A DNA stretch of 64,000 nucleotides from Candidatus Latescibacterota bacterium (GTDB taxonomy: Bacteria > Latescibacterota > UBA2968 > UBA8231), in assembly GCA_965208105.1 (NCBI GenBank), contig OZ242318.1:3904001-3968000 (forward strand), written 5' to 3'. Below, piece by piece: positions 10,174 to 20,473 of this stretch (position 1 is the first letter of the stretch; every line of letters starts with the position of its first letter). The translations under genes and the position numbers were made by a program. Below the pieces are notes generated by a model that saw only the letters and a program-made list of their open reading frames with translations, made no database searches and was not told the origin of the DNA.

Positions 10174-13100
10174 TCAGCTCGCCTCTCCGGAGAGAATCTC
10201 CCAGACCCGCTTATATCCGGTGCCGGACAGCGGGGCGTCCTCCGGTCTCACCCCGTCCCATTCATCGGCGTCCAGTCCCTGCAGGAAACGCCGCGCTGCT
10301 CCCACCGAATACCGCCCCTCATCCTCACCGGTGACATCCCGGTAAAGACTCCCCAACGCCTCCGCCGCGCTACGCGGGGCGGCATTCATTCGCATTAGTA
10401 CCGCATCTTCGCTGCTAACACCGTGATAGATCATGGCGGGCAGGGCGTTGATCCGTCGCTTGTCGACTTCGGAAAGCGCGTCGAAATCGATCCCCGACAC
10501 CCGACTCAGCGCCGAAACACCCCATGTTCCGCTGTTGACAATGGTGCGATAGATCGCCCTGCACGCATCCGTCAGGGCGGCTGTGCCCACTTCGTCGTCG
10601 TTCTTGCGGCTGAAATACTCCCTCGCGATCTCTTCCAGACCCCTTCCGTTCACCCAGTCGTTGGTGATCTCGGAAATCCGGCTCCGGTCGAACCCTTGCC
10701 CCCCCAACTCGACCAAGTCCTGCTTGAGCTGCGGCACCCTCAACATGACCCCGAACAGGTCCGCCATTCTACTTCCGCTCCCGAACAGGCTCTCCGGCGC
10801 CCAGTCCGACACGGTGAGCCTGCTCTCCAGATTGCCGATGCCGCCCATTGCCGCCCGGACACCTTCCGGCGAGAACCCGGTGGAATCTGCAAGCTCCGCG
10901 ATGCCCTGAGGCATTTCGGCGAGCTCGCGAGCGTAGCTATGCGTCGCATCAAGAAGGGCATCCGCCTTCTGTCTCTGCTGGGGATCGTTCCGCATCGAGG
11001 TATATCCGTAGGTCTGCCTCAGAAGCTGCTCGGAATCCGCAAGGACCGCATCCAGGTTTTTCTTCTCCGCCCACAGGTGTGCGATGTAGCAGCGAAAATC
11101 CTCCCACTGATCCTTCCAGAGCACATCCGACAGCTGCGCCAACGACCCCTGCGCTGCCAGCTCGTCCAGAAGCACAACGAGACGGGAGACGAGCGCACCG
11201 GTGTTGCGGCTCACGAACTTGATCAAGGCATCGCGATCGGTTCCCTCGGACAGCCCGACTACACCGACGCTGTCGTGACCGATCCGTCCTGCGCGCCCAG
11301 CGAGGTTCCAGAACTCCCGCGGCGCGATCTCCACCGATCTCGTCCCCTGCGGCACATAGCGCGAGGACAGAAAGACCGACGACACCGGAAAGTTGATGCC
11401 CTGGGCGATCGTCGACGTCGCGCACAGCATTCGCAGGCTGCCCGTCTCCGCAAGCCACTCCATCAGCGCCCGGACATCATCGGACAGCCCCGCATGGTGC
11501 ACACCCACGCCCTTCTCGAGCATGCCGACCAGCCTGAAGTCGACGCTGATCTCGGTGCGCAGGAAGTCCTGAACCAGCCTTATGTCCGGCGGCACTTCCT
11601 CCATCTCGGGAAGGCTCCGCGCCGCTTCCCCCGCCATCTTCCAGACCGTGTGAATGTTGTTGGCCACCGCAACACTCGTGCCTCGCGCCGACATCACCGC
11701 GCCAATCGCCGCCGTCTGAAGTCCAAGCCCCTTCTGTGAGCCCTTCGCAAGCACCTGGCTCTTTGGCACGTCGATCGGCTTTACACCTCCCACGCGGTGC
11801 GTTCCGTGAAGCGGCATCGCTTTCTCGCTAGCCGTCAGCGTCTCGAAATCGAGGTGCCAACCCCCGCGCACGCTGTCATCGGCCACCGCCCGGTAAAGGC
11901 CGATGATTCGCTCGTTCGGCTTCCACGGAACCGTACCGAGGCTGATCGCGTTCCCCGCGTCGATGTCCTGCGCAAGCCAGCGCGCTACCGACTCAGCTCC
12001 CTCCACGTACGGCATCAGCAGGAGGAAGTTTGCCTGCGGGCAATCCCGCTTTACGGTCGCCAGCAACAGCTCGATCCGCAGGCCCCGGCCTTCCGCCTCC
12101 AGATTGTGGGCTTCGTCCATCACCACCAGCGCGAGAGGACGATCCACCTTGCTGTTTCGAATCACCAGCGACAGCTTCTCGGGCGTCGCGACCAGGATGT
12201 CGAACGGCTCGTTCCTGTCGGCCAGTAGCTCTTCCTCGAAGGCGTCCACCTCAACGGCTGCAGTCAACTGCTCAACACGCAGCCCGATCGGCTCGAAGTC
12301 CGTGCGAAGGCGCCGTGTGACCTGCGCCGACAGCGCACGGGTCGGCGCCACATAGACGACCCATCCCCCGTCGACCTGGAACTGATTCAGCGCCTGGAGG
12401 ATGCGGAACTGCGCGAGCAGCGTCTTCCCGCCAGAGGTGGGCAGATCGACCACGATCGCGGTCTTCGCCTGGTCGAGAAGCCCCTGTTCGAGCAGGGCGG
12501 CGCGCTGTGGCGGCAATAGCTCGAACATCGCCTGATGCTCCCGTTGCGTCAGCGAGCGCACGAATTCCGAGGTCTTCGAATTGACCGTCCGCGTCGCCCA
12601 CCAAAGAGAATTAGTCACCATGATGCGTGACGTCGCGTGCAGCCATCGCAGAACCACTTCGTGCTGCGCATCCCCCGAAGCGGCCGCCGCCTTGATTCCC
12701 GCCTCGAAGTGCTTGTCCAGCGTACCGAACGGATCGCCCGGTTCGCCTTGGAGCATGTATCTCGCGAGCGTCTCCGTCGCCTTCGCCCAGTTGTAAAGAG
12801 CCGCCAACCGCAGTGCGATTGCCCGGTCCACCGCCTCCGAACCGTTTCGCAGACGACGTTCTTCATGGATTCTCTGGTCATCACGAAGGCCGGAGATGAT
12901 CTCGCGGATGCGATCCAGATCGTCCCAGCCATCCTTGCGGAAAAGCCGGACCCAGCAATCGTACAGCCTGTATAGGAGCCTGCGGTCCCATTCCGCATCC
13001 GCCACACTCGGCGCCTTCAGGGCCTCTCCCTGCTCCCGATACCAGCGCCGTAAGTCAGACCAGCGATCGCCGCAATAGGCGATGGCGGAGAGCTGAAGCA

Positions 13101-13452
13101 CGAAGAACAGGCGATCCAGCGTCTCCTCCGGGACGGGAAGCAGGCGGCGGATGTCGAAGGCACGGAACGAAGCCGCCACTGCCTGGTCTCTGAGGCGCAG
13201 GTTATCCCCCGCCGGGCGACTCAACTCATCGAGCCCCTCGATGGCGGCGAGCTCGAAGGCGAGCGCCACGCGCACCAGGAACGGTTCTTCGTCAGAGCTT
13301 CCCGCGAAGGAAAAGCTGATCTGCCTGCCGACTGCTCGCTTTGCCAGCCGCTGGCCGACCAGTTCCCCCGCACGCTCCAACTCATCGGTCCCGATGGCAG
13401 CGACCGCCCAATGTTCGCTCAGCGCCTCCAATGCTCCAGTAGACAGGCTCAT
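10174..13452 (-). CDS. Hachiman HamB-like Ski2-family DEAH helicase
   Basis: PTSGGKT, DEAH, HHAGL, STIAQGINFP, NLAGRAGR; long helical N-terminal region; overlaps the stop of the upstream hamA-like gene. Confidence 0.8.
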   Translation of the reverse strand: MSLSTGALEALSEHWAVAAIGTDELERAGELVGQRLAKRAVGRQISFSFAGSSDEEPFLVRVALAFELAAIEGLDELSRPAGDNLRLRDQAVAASFRAFDIRRLLPVPEETLDRLFFVLQLSAIAYCGDRWSDLRRWYREQGEALKAPSVADAEWDRRLLYRLYDCWVRLFRKDGWDDLDRIREIISGLRDDQRIHEERRLRNGSEAVDRAIALRLAALYNWAKATETLARYMLQGEPGDPFGTLDKHFEAGIKAAAASGDAQHEVVLRWLHATSRIMVTNSLWWATRTVNSKTSEFVRSLTQREHQAMFELLPPQRAALLEQGLLDQAKTAIVVDLPTSGGKTLLAQFRILQALNQFQVDGGWVVYVAPTRALSAQVTRRLRTDFEPIGLRVEQLTAAVEVDAFEEELLADRNEPFDILVATPEKLSLVIRNSKVDRPLALVVMDEAHNLEAEGRGLRIELLLATVKRDCPQANFLLLMPYVEGAESVARWLAQDIDAGNAISLGTVPWKPNERIIGLYRAVADDSVRGGWHLDFETLTASEKAMPLHGTHRVGGVKPIDVPKSQVLAKGSQKGLGLQTAAIGAVMSARGTSVAVANNIHTVWKMAGEAARSLPEMEEVPPDIRLVQDFLRTEISVDFRLVGMLEKGVGVHHAGLSDDVRALMEWLAETGSLRMLCATSTIAQGINFPVSSVFLSSRYVPQGTRSVEIAPREFWNLAGRAGRIGHDSVGVVGLSEGTDRDALIKFVSRNTGALVSRLVVLLDELAAQGSLAQLSDVLWKDQWEDFRCYIAHLWAEKKNLDAVLADSEQLLRQTYGYTSMRNDPQQRQKADALLDATHSYARELAEMPQGIAELADSTGFSPEGVRAAMGGIGNLESRLTVSDWAPESLFGSGSRMADLFGVMLRVPQLKQDLVELGGQGFDRSRISEITNDWVNGRGLEEIAREYFSRKNDDEVGTAALTDACRAIYRTIVNSGTWGVSALSRVSGIDFDALSEVDKRRINALPAMIYHGVSSEDAVLMRMNAAPRSAAEALGSLYRDVTGEDEGRYSVGAARRFLQGLDADEWDGVRPEDAPLSGTGYKRVWEILSGEAS

Positions 13453-14246
13453 CGTTCCGCTCCTGACCGCCTCAGAACCATCGCCTCCCCAATGCCATCC
13501 AGGCTCTCATGTGGCAGGTAGAGCGCCAGCAGCTCGATACGCGTTCCCTCCCCAGAACCCAACGCAAGACCACTGACTCGCGCCCTCAAGTCATCCCGAT
13601 GGGGTTCCACGTCGCGAACAAGGAATCCGTAGAGTTGAACGTCGGACGTGTTTTTCAGATACCTGCTTGCCGCACGCTTGAACCGAGTTTCCCATGGCGC
13701 CGATCCGGCCCGGTGACCGAGATACTTCAGGAGATCGTCGCGGACTGCCTGGCTGTCGCGCAGATCTTCCAATTGCCGCTTCAATCCGGTCCGCCCGTAC
13801 ATCGCTCTTGGAGGGTAGCTGGGATCGCTCGATGTCTTCACTTCACCGAAAGCGAGACAGTCGCCGTTGTCGTCACTCCCGAACCCTGCCAGATCGGCGC
13901 CCGGCAGGCTGGACCCGCTCTTTCTCTCGTCCCGTCCGTCCGGCCAGGGAAAGCTGCACGATCGGTGGTCTGTCAGATAGACCTCGGCAATCGCTTCGCC
14001 GACCCGCCAGTCCTCGACTGCATCCGGATCCTCCAGCACGCGTCGAAGGCCGTCCTGGGCAAAGTTCGTCTCGGCCACTTCCGTAAGAATTCCCTCGAGG
14101 TTCGCCTTGCCCTCATCATCGAAGAGCACAGCGGACAACGGACCGTCCATCGCAGCATTCAATTCTGCATCTGACCATCGCAGGCCAACCCCGAAACAGG
14201 GGGCCTCACCGGTATCGTAGACAACTTCTCCTGCCCCGATGGTCAC
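13449..14246 (-). CDS. Hachiman HamA-like PD-(D/E)xK nuclease
   Basis: GEAIAEVYL...GADLAGF...FGEVKTS motifs; coupled to a Ski2 helicase. Confidence 0.7.
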   Translation of the reverse strand: MTIGAGEVVYDTGEAPCFGVGLRWSDAELNAAMDGPLSAVLFDDEGKANLEGILTEVAETNFAQDGLRRVLEDPDAVEDWRVGEAIAEVYLTDHRSCSFPWPDGRDERKSGSSLPGADLAGFGSDDNGDCLAFGEVKTSSDPSYPPRAMYGRTGLKRQLEDLRDSQAVRDDLLKYLGHRAGSAPWETRFKRAASRYLKNTSDVQLYGFLVRDVEPHRDDLRARVSGLALGSGEGTRIELLALYLPHESLDGIGEAMVLRRSGAER

Positions 14247-14869
14247 CGGCGCCCACCCGCCACACAGGCAAGCTTAATGTTCCGCCCTGGAAACCGCACC
14301 CTTTCGGTGTGCTCGTCCACCACGGTACCCGACACTAATCGCGCTGGATGTTCAACACCGTTCCACTCCATGAAACAGAATCCCTTCAAGAGTGCCCTTG
14401 ATTCAACCCCGTGTCTGCGCTGACCACCGTCAGCTGCATCGCACATCTGCCGAACATGAAGGATCGCCCCCTGTGTCGTCGATGTCTTATGTCTCCCCTG
14501 ATGGGTGAGTGACGAACCAGATAGGCAATATAGGTGCTCGAATGTTCACATGCAAGTTCAGGCGTCGGCAGGTACCGGGGAACCTTGACCTGGTGCAAGT
14601 CCGGCTCGAAACTCAGTCCTTCGCGCACTAGGGACTCCCAGCAGGCACAACTGACCAAGCGAGGATGCCCAGCAGCTCTACTCTCAGTCCGTCGATTGCA
14701 GGAACCTCCGCCTCCTCCGGCGAGCCCAGCTCAGGGCATTCATGGCGAGGGGCCCCTCTGATGGCGTTCTCATCGTCCTCAACAACCTCCTTCAGGGCCA
14801 GAACCGCCGGCTCCAGGGCGGCGCCCGCGGCAGTTGCACAGTGGAACACAGGATGACGATCGACCAGAG

Positions 14870-15060
14870 AAGCCATTTGCCTGGCGCGCTCCATGTCGGG
14901 ACAAATGCTCTTCACGGTCAACCAGAACTTCTCCGAATGATCTGGAATGACCAAATGCACGAAATCGGGCGCGAGGATGAGGTGCCAATTGAAGGACAGG
15001 TTGCTGCTGGACGAGCAGTTGCCCCATTTCGTGCGCTAGCTCATAATGTAGATCCGACCG
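14870..15060 (-). pseudogene. M48/YgjP-like metallopeptidase remnant
   Basis: Minus strand reads RIYIMS*RTKWGNCSSSSNLSFNWHLILAPDFV/HLVIPDHSEKFW. It has an in-frame stop and lacks the HExxH segment. Confidence 0.7.
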
Positions 15061-15102
15061 GGCTCTTCGCCAATGTGCGCGGTCACCGCAGGCAGGTAGT
15101 CC

Positions 15103-15177
15103 GCGCTGGTAGATCGGAATTATGAATTGCGGTGATTTTCTCAAGAATGCCAGCAAGTTGGCCGCAGTGGCTTTCAT
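15103..15177 (-). pseudogene. DUF262/GmrSD-like N-terminal stub
   Basis: MKATAANLLAFLRKSPQFIIPIYQR is the typical DUF262 start (IPxYQR); similarity stops immediately after it. Confidence 0.65.
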
Positions 15178-15377
15178 CGAGTTTTCCTCTAGGACTTGGT
15201 TAGGGTCTGTTCCCCGGAGCCTTGGATGATGCTTGGAACCGAGATGTCTCTGTGTCAGGAACGCTCACCTTTGATTCGCCCTAACCTCGATTTCAGCAAC
15301 CCTTTCCATCAAGTCGGCGAACTGCTCTTCGTCGTCGAGTAACATCCCATCGCTGAGCATCCTCGCGTAATCGTCGG

Positions 15378-16539
15378 CTAGTGCTCTGTTAAGGATTCAG
15401 GCTTGTACTTTTTCGTACATGTTGGTATCATGGGGACATATGTCCATTTTTCTGGGAGGGTCCTGCCATGTGCCTCCATGCTCGAACACCGGATGCTGCC
15501 GAATCGAAAGAACTGGGCCGATGGCTGAAGCGGCCACGCAATGCCGTACAGATGCGACGAGGGCAATTGATCTCCCTCAGTGCCCAGGGTATGCGGGTCC
15601 AGGAGCTGTCGGCGACGCTGCATCTGCACGAGGAATACATCCGCTCCCTGGTCCGACGATACAACGAGGAAGGGCTGGCGTCGCTTCGCACGCGAGCCCA
15701 CCCGGGGCGCACCCCAGCGCTGACGCCCGAAGACGAGTCCGTGGTGGTGGAGATCGCCAAGATGCCCCCTCGGGCTTTCGGCCAACCCTTCAACCAGTGG
15801 TCGCTGCGCAAGCTGACCGACTGTCTGGTCGGGCGCAAGATGATCCCCAAGGTCTCGCACGTGACCATCGCCAAGGTCTTGGACCGGCATAAGGTCACCT
15901 ACCAACGTACCCGCACCTGGAAGGAGTCGAAGGATCCGGATTTCTCCTCGAAAAAAAACGCATCGACCGCCTCTACCGGCGTGCGCCGAAGGACTCGGTC
16001 GTAGTCTGCTTCGACGAAATGGGGCCCGTGCAGATCAAGCCCCATGCCGGCTCCTCCTGGGCGCCGCAGAAGCACCCGGTGCGGCACCGAGCCACCTACA
16101 CCCGGCACGCCGGGGTCAGCTATTTCTTCGGCGCCTACAACGTCCACGAGGACGTCCTGTGGATGCATCACAAGCGAAAGAAGCACGCCTCGGAGGTGCT
16201 CACTTTCCTCAAGGCCATCCGGCACCGCTACCGCAAGGCCCAACGCATCTACCTCGTTCTGGACAATTTGTCGACGCACGCGACCCCAAAGATTCGGCAA
16301 TGGTGTCGGCAGCATCGAGTCTCCCTCGTCTTCACCGCTACCAACGCCTCCTGGATGAACCGTCTCGAATGCCATCTGACCGCCGCCCACTACTTCGTCA
16401 TCAAGAACAGCGACCCAAGGGACCATCGAGACATCGGCCAGCGCATGCAGGAATACCTCGTATGGAGAAATCGAAACCAGGACGATGCCAAGCTCGCCAA
16501 AATACAAAATTCAATGCCCACTCTTTAACAGCGCACTAG
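15378..16539 (+). mobile_element. IS630-family insertion sequence, apparently intact
   Basis: Ends CTAGTGCTCTGTTAA / TTAACAGCGCACTAG, inserted at a CTAG site (TA duplication); internal TTGTAC-17-TATCAT promoter. Confidence 0.9.
15468..16528 (+). CDS. IS630 transposase (HTH orfA + DDE orfB joined by a probable -1 frameshift)
   Basis: orfA 15468-16004 is HTH; an A8 run lies at 15951-15958; the -1 frame reads KKRIDRLY...CFDEMGP...LDNLSTH...NRLE. The first catalytic Asp lies upstream of the orfB Met. Confidence 0.85.
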
Positions 16540-16660
16540 TGCCTCGTAAGCCAAGCCACGGGGCACCAGTTGCAATGCACCCGTTACTGCCGCCTCGTAG
16601 TCGATCCAACGTCCCAGGGCGTCCCGCTGGTCTTCGAGCGAGAGTGACTGAAACGACGGG

Positions 16661-17257
16661 TCAGCCATTGGCCACCAGTGCGCTTACGTGCCCTGCCATC
16701 CAGGCAGGCATTACAGCACGCGATGCAGCCAACTCCTGAAAGTCCTCCGCTGAGAGCTTGCCACCTATCTTTTCCAGGCCAGCCTCCACCTCATCGGGAC
16801 CCAGCCAGGACAGTGCGCGCACTACTTCGCCGGCCGGCCGATGAGGCGCTGCCAACTGCCAGCGGGGTGCATGGCGCAACTCCACCGTCAACTCGCCGAG
16901 CCTCAGCTTGCGGCTGCGTCCGGAGGTCAGGTAAACCGACCGCACCGGCACTTGCGTTGTCAGTCCAAGGGCGTTGGCCGCTGCGCCGCCACATGGTACA
17001 ATCGTCTCGCCCCAGAGTTCGGCCAGCGATGCGATTACCTTTCCGACGGCAGGTGGACGTGGACCGAAGCGGGTCTGTATGGGCTGCACGTATATCCCCT
17101 GGCAAACTCGCATGAGTTCTCCCTTGCGGGAAAGGCGAGACAGCGCCTGGTCGACGGCCGCTCTGCTTCCCAAATGCAACAACGCTCTTGGGCACAGTAG
17201 CGTGCCCTCCGGCGACTCGGCAGCGTGGCTCATGATCTGAGATGGGAGGTTTCGCAC
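16661..17257 (-). CDS. DUF6088/AbiEi-like type IV antitoxin
   Basis: 'GSRAAVDQALSRL...GIY', 'AANALGLTTQVP...YLTSGRSR'; upstream of the AbiEii remnant. Confidence 0.85.
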   Translation of the reverse strand: MRNLPSQIMSHAAESPEGTLLCPRALLHLGSRAAVDQALSRLSRKGELMRVCQGIYVQPIQTRFGPRPPAVGKVIASLAELWGETIVPCGGAAANALGLTTQVPVRSVYLTSGRSRKLRLGELTVELRHAPRWQLAAPHRPAGEVVRALSWLGPDEVEAGLEKIGGKLSAEDFQELAASRAVMPAWMAGHVSALVANG

Positions 17258-17366
17258 GAATATAACCTATGTGAAATGTCAGAAATATCTCTCATTAACT
17301 GACGACCTGCAAGGGACGGTTTTGCTCTGAGCACAAACCCCCATTTCGGCCATCGCTAGCATTGCG

Positions 17367-18383
17367 TCACGTTGACGCGCGTCCCGAAGTCAATTGCGGA
17401 CTCTCGACAAGCCCCTGCCGACTCAGGAAGTTCAGCATCACCGCCGCGCACTCTTCCGGTTTATCGAGCTGCAGAAAGTGTGTCGTTCCGGGCACGACCT
17501 CGTGGTCGATCCCTGCGGCCTCGCTGTAGTCGAACTTCGGCCGGTCCGGGTCCAGGGCGGGATCTGGCCTGATGATCATGGTGGGACATCGCAGGGAGCC
17601 GAAGTCCACCGACACCGCAGGCCGCGAGGCTTCATACCAGATTTTCGCTTCGTACTCGCGCGGACATCGGAGCTCGTAACCCTGTCCGGTCCCGGACTCC
17701 CTGAGGGTCGTCCTGGCCACCAGATCGAAGACGCCCGGCACAGCCCGCTGGAAGTAATGGAGGTTGGTATGAAGTTCGGCGAGCTCTTCCCTTGCCCGGA
17801 ACCATGGCGCCCTGCGCCCGAGCATGTCGCCCGTTCGCACGGCCAGCAGCTCGAACTCCCTGTATCTCGGGCCCCTGTTGCACAGAGGCGGCGCGAACAG
17901 CACCATCGCGGAGTAACGGCTGCCCCTCGAAGGCAGGTGCAGGCCGGCCAGGGCGGAAATGGAGTGGAAGGCCCCCACTGTGGGTTTCTCGCCGTAGAGA
18001 CTTTCGATCGCTTCGAAGATGCTGTCGTGGTCGCGGGGAAAAGCATCGAAACGGTGGTCCTCCAGGGCTCCGACTTTGTTCCAGCCGTGGTTCCTGAGGT
18101 CATGGACTACCAGGTCGAAGTCGGCCGCCAGCAACGACCAGAACGGGTAGTAGAGGTCGATGGCGAGGCCATTCCCGTGACTCATGACAAGCCGGGGTCC
18201 CTCCGGATTTCCGTGGCGTCTCAGGACGATGACGGCGTCGTCGTCCACCTTTACGCTGTCAGTGGACAACGGCTCGGGTATCTCCCAGATGGCTGCCGGG
18301 GGTCCTGTCAAGATAGCTTCCTTCCTTTTCCGCCAGGAACTTAATAATCCTGAAATCCCCGTCGCCAAATATACCTCCTGCAT
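17367..18383 (-). CDS. Alpha/beta hydrolase (start uncertain)
   Basis: SHGNG, HDLRNHG, nucleophile-like FHSIS, THFLQLD. Confidence 0.75.
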   Translation of the reverse strand: MQEVYLATGISGLLSSWRKRKEAILTGPPAAIWEIPEPLSTDSVKVDDDAVIVLRRHGNPEGPRLVMSHGNGLAIDLYYPFWSLLAADFDLVVHDLRNHGWNKVGALEDHRFDAFPRDHDSIFEAIESLYGEKPTVGAFHSISALAGLHLPSRGSRYSAMVLFAPPLCNRGPRYREFELLAVRTGDMLGRRAPWFRAREELAELHTNLHYFQRAVPGVFDLVARTTLRESGTGQGYELRCPREYEAKIWYEASRPAVSVDFGSLRCPTMIIRPDPALDPDRPKFDYSEAAGIDHEVVPGTTHFLQLDKPEECAAVMLNFLSRQGLVESPQLTSGRAST

Positions 18384-18760
18384 GTAACCCGAACCAGTTG
18401 CAGGACAGTTTCTCCATCTTTTGCCCAGCGACAACGCGTGCCGAGCACATATCGAATGCGACCGTATTCGCCCTCACAGCGCTTTGGCCTACCGGCCACC
18501 GGCGCCAGAGGCGGTCCTGCCCAGGAGGCAGACAGGGAATTCTACCCTGTGGAATGGACCCCTTATGGTTCCAAGACTAACTTAAAGACTGGCACCACTC
18601 GAGGGGGCAGGTCACAGGTCAGAACTTGCACCTCTCGTGATATACGTGATCCATGTGTACGATTTATGGAGAGGATCCCGGTTTAATGAGCCGTCAGGCT
18701 GTCCGAAAACGAGGTCGCCCCACTCTCCATGTAACCCGTACCCCATAGGAGGGGAGTGCG

Positions 18761-19801
18761 ATGCGACTAATTCTCAAGTTCGGACCGGCCCATGCCGTTC
18801 TGGCGTTGGTCATGTTGGCGGGCGGTACTGCCATGGCCCAGACAACTGCCGACCAAGTCGTGGACGATGAAACCCTCAAGGCCTTCGTCGAAGGGGCGAA
18901 GGCGGAAATCGAGGCGATCACGGACGTAAACGAAGGAGCAAGGCTCAGGGAGAGGCTGAGGACGGAGGGCCCCTGGAAGTCCGGATCGATGTTCCTCATC
19001 ATCTTCCTCAAGAGCGGAGAACCGTTCATCCACGGGAACGATCGCGAGGCGGAGAGCAAGAATCTGATCGGCGTCGAGGACGACAACGGACTCAAGGTCG
19101 TCGAGGAACTCCTCGCTGCCGCTGCCCGAGGCGGCGGTTTCGTCGAATACCACGACGGGGGACTAAAGACGGCATACGCAGTCGAATACACCTCCGGGAT
19201 CACCGGAAGACAGTTCGTGCTGGTCGGCGGCTACTCGCAGGACGTCTCCCATGTCCCAATCCAGACCGCAGATCTGCCGAAGCCCTCCGTCACCGCATCG
19301 CAGGTCGTGGACCGCGAGACCCTCATCACCTTCGTCGAGGAAGCGGCCAAGGTGTACAGCGAAGCCGTCCAGTCCGAAGGCTACAGCGCCCTCACCGGGA
19401 TCAGAAACGCCTTTCGGGTGGAAGGAGGGGATTGGAAGTCAGGCTCCATTTATCTATGGGTCGTCAGTGGAGAGGGCATCATCCTGTTTCACGCAACCGA
19501 GCCGTTCCGCGAAGGCAAGGAAACAGACCTGACGAGGACGGATATCAACGGAGTGCGGTTCGCCGAGGAGCTGATCGGAGGTGCGCGGCGCGAGGGTCGG
19601 AAGTTCCTGCGGTACTACTACGACGACCCCACCATCGAGGGAGACGAGGACACCGGTTCGCCGAAGCTCGGTTACGCGGTTGGCTTCTCGGTGGCCAACT
19701 CGGACCAGAAGGCCGTCATCGGCTCCGGCATCTATCTGTCAGGACAGACGAATGTCGCGCCCATTTCGTGGGGTAGTTTAAAAGGTCTTCGCCCCAAGTG
19801 A
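18761..19801 (+). CDS. Secreted tandem Cache-domain protein
   Basis: Signal peptide (AMAQ); two repeats of 'VVDxETLxxFVE.A...GxWKSGS(M/I)(F/Y)L...DxNG'; C-terminal tail APISWGSLK. Confidence 0.75.
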   Translation: MRLILKFGPAHAVLALVMLAGGTAMAQTTADQVVDDETLKAFVEGAKAEIEAITDVNEGARLRERLRTEGPWKSGSMFLIIFLKSGEPFIHGNDREAESKNLIGVEDDNGLKVVEELLAAAARGGGFVEYHDGGLKTAYAVEYTSGITGRQFVLVGGYSQDVSHVPIQTADLPKPSVTASQVVDRETLITFVEEAAKVYSEAVQSEGYSALTGIRNAFRVEGGDWKSGSIYLWVVSGEGIILFHATEPFREGKETDLTRTDINGVRFAEELIGGARREGRKFLRYYYDDPTIEGDEDTGSPKLGYAVGFSVANSDQKAVIGSGIYLSGQTNVAPISWGSLKGLRPK

Positions 19802-19946
19802 TGGCCGCTTACCGGGACGCGGTGACCTAGGGTTGACCTTGCCTCCCTAAACGAGTCCAGGACGGGTTTCGGAGTCCTGGTTTGCGGTTGATCAGGCCCT
19901 TTTCTCCCTCCCTGTGGCACTGCCTCCTCCAGCAGTAGAAGGTCTC

Positions 19947-20060
19947 TCAAGGAATTCCGAAGTATCGACATGTCTTGAACACATTCCCACTTGAGCAAGC
20001 ATGCTCTAAGACCCTGATTTTACGCCGGATATCTCTTTTTCTTGAATCATGCTCGACTTC
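19947..20060 (-). pseudogene. IS481-like transposase N-terminal remnant
   Basis: RDIRRKIRVLEHACSSGNVFKTCRYFGIP* resembles the IS481 HTH start. Confidence 0.55.
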
Positions 20061-20083
20061 TTTCTGACAGGAATAATTCATAA

Positions 20084-20473
20084 CTAAGATGCAGGAATGC
20101 CAATCGAGGAGTGGATCTGTGCAAACTTCCACAGCTCGTCGACCTTTTCGAGGACACCGGTCATTCGCATCTCGAACTCCTCCCTCGTACCCTGCCATTT
20201 CAGTCGCCAGACCTGGCGCGTGTAGAACCACGCCACGTTGTTCCGTTCATGCACGTCAAGATTTATAAACTCGATGCTGAAATCCTCTGTGCTCGCAACG
20301 TGGTTTCGGTAATACGCCGCGATCCCTTCTCTCCCTTCAACAAATTCGCAAGCGTCGGTACCGATTTTTACATAGTGAGAGGCAGGGAGCATCATTGCGA
20401 TGATAGTTTCGGCATCTCCAATAACCAGGGCGTCGAAATACGCCTGCACCGTATCATGCGCATTCGGCATCAT
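20084..20473 (-). CDS. SnoaL/NTF2-family protein
   Basis: 'IGTD...E...G', 'RMTGVLEK...WKFAQIHSS' NTF2-like pattern. Confidence 0.8.
   Translation of the reverse strand: MMPNAHDTVQAYFDALVIGDAETIIAMMLPASHYVKIGTDACEFVEGREGIAAYYRNHVASTEDFSIEFINLDVHERNNVAWFYTRQVWRLKWQGTREEFEMRMTGVLEKVDELWKFAQIHSSIGIPAS

Larger units (their letters stand above)
15265..16668 (-). pseudogene. AbiEii-type nucleotidyltransferase toxin, internally deleted and split by IS630
   Basis: 16668-16540 reads MADPSFQSLSLEDQRDALG-RWIDYEAAVTGALQLVPRGLAYEAL. It continues in frame after the IS as ADDYARMLSDGMLLDDEEQF...RANQR*. It overlaps the stop of the DUF6088 gene. Confidence 0.75.
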
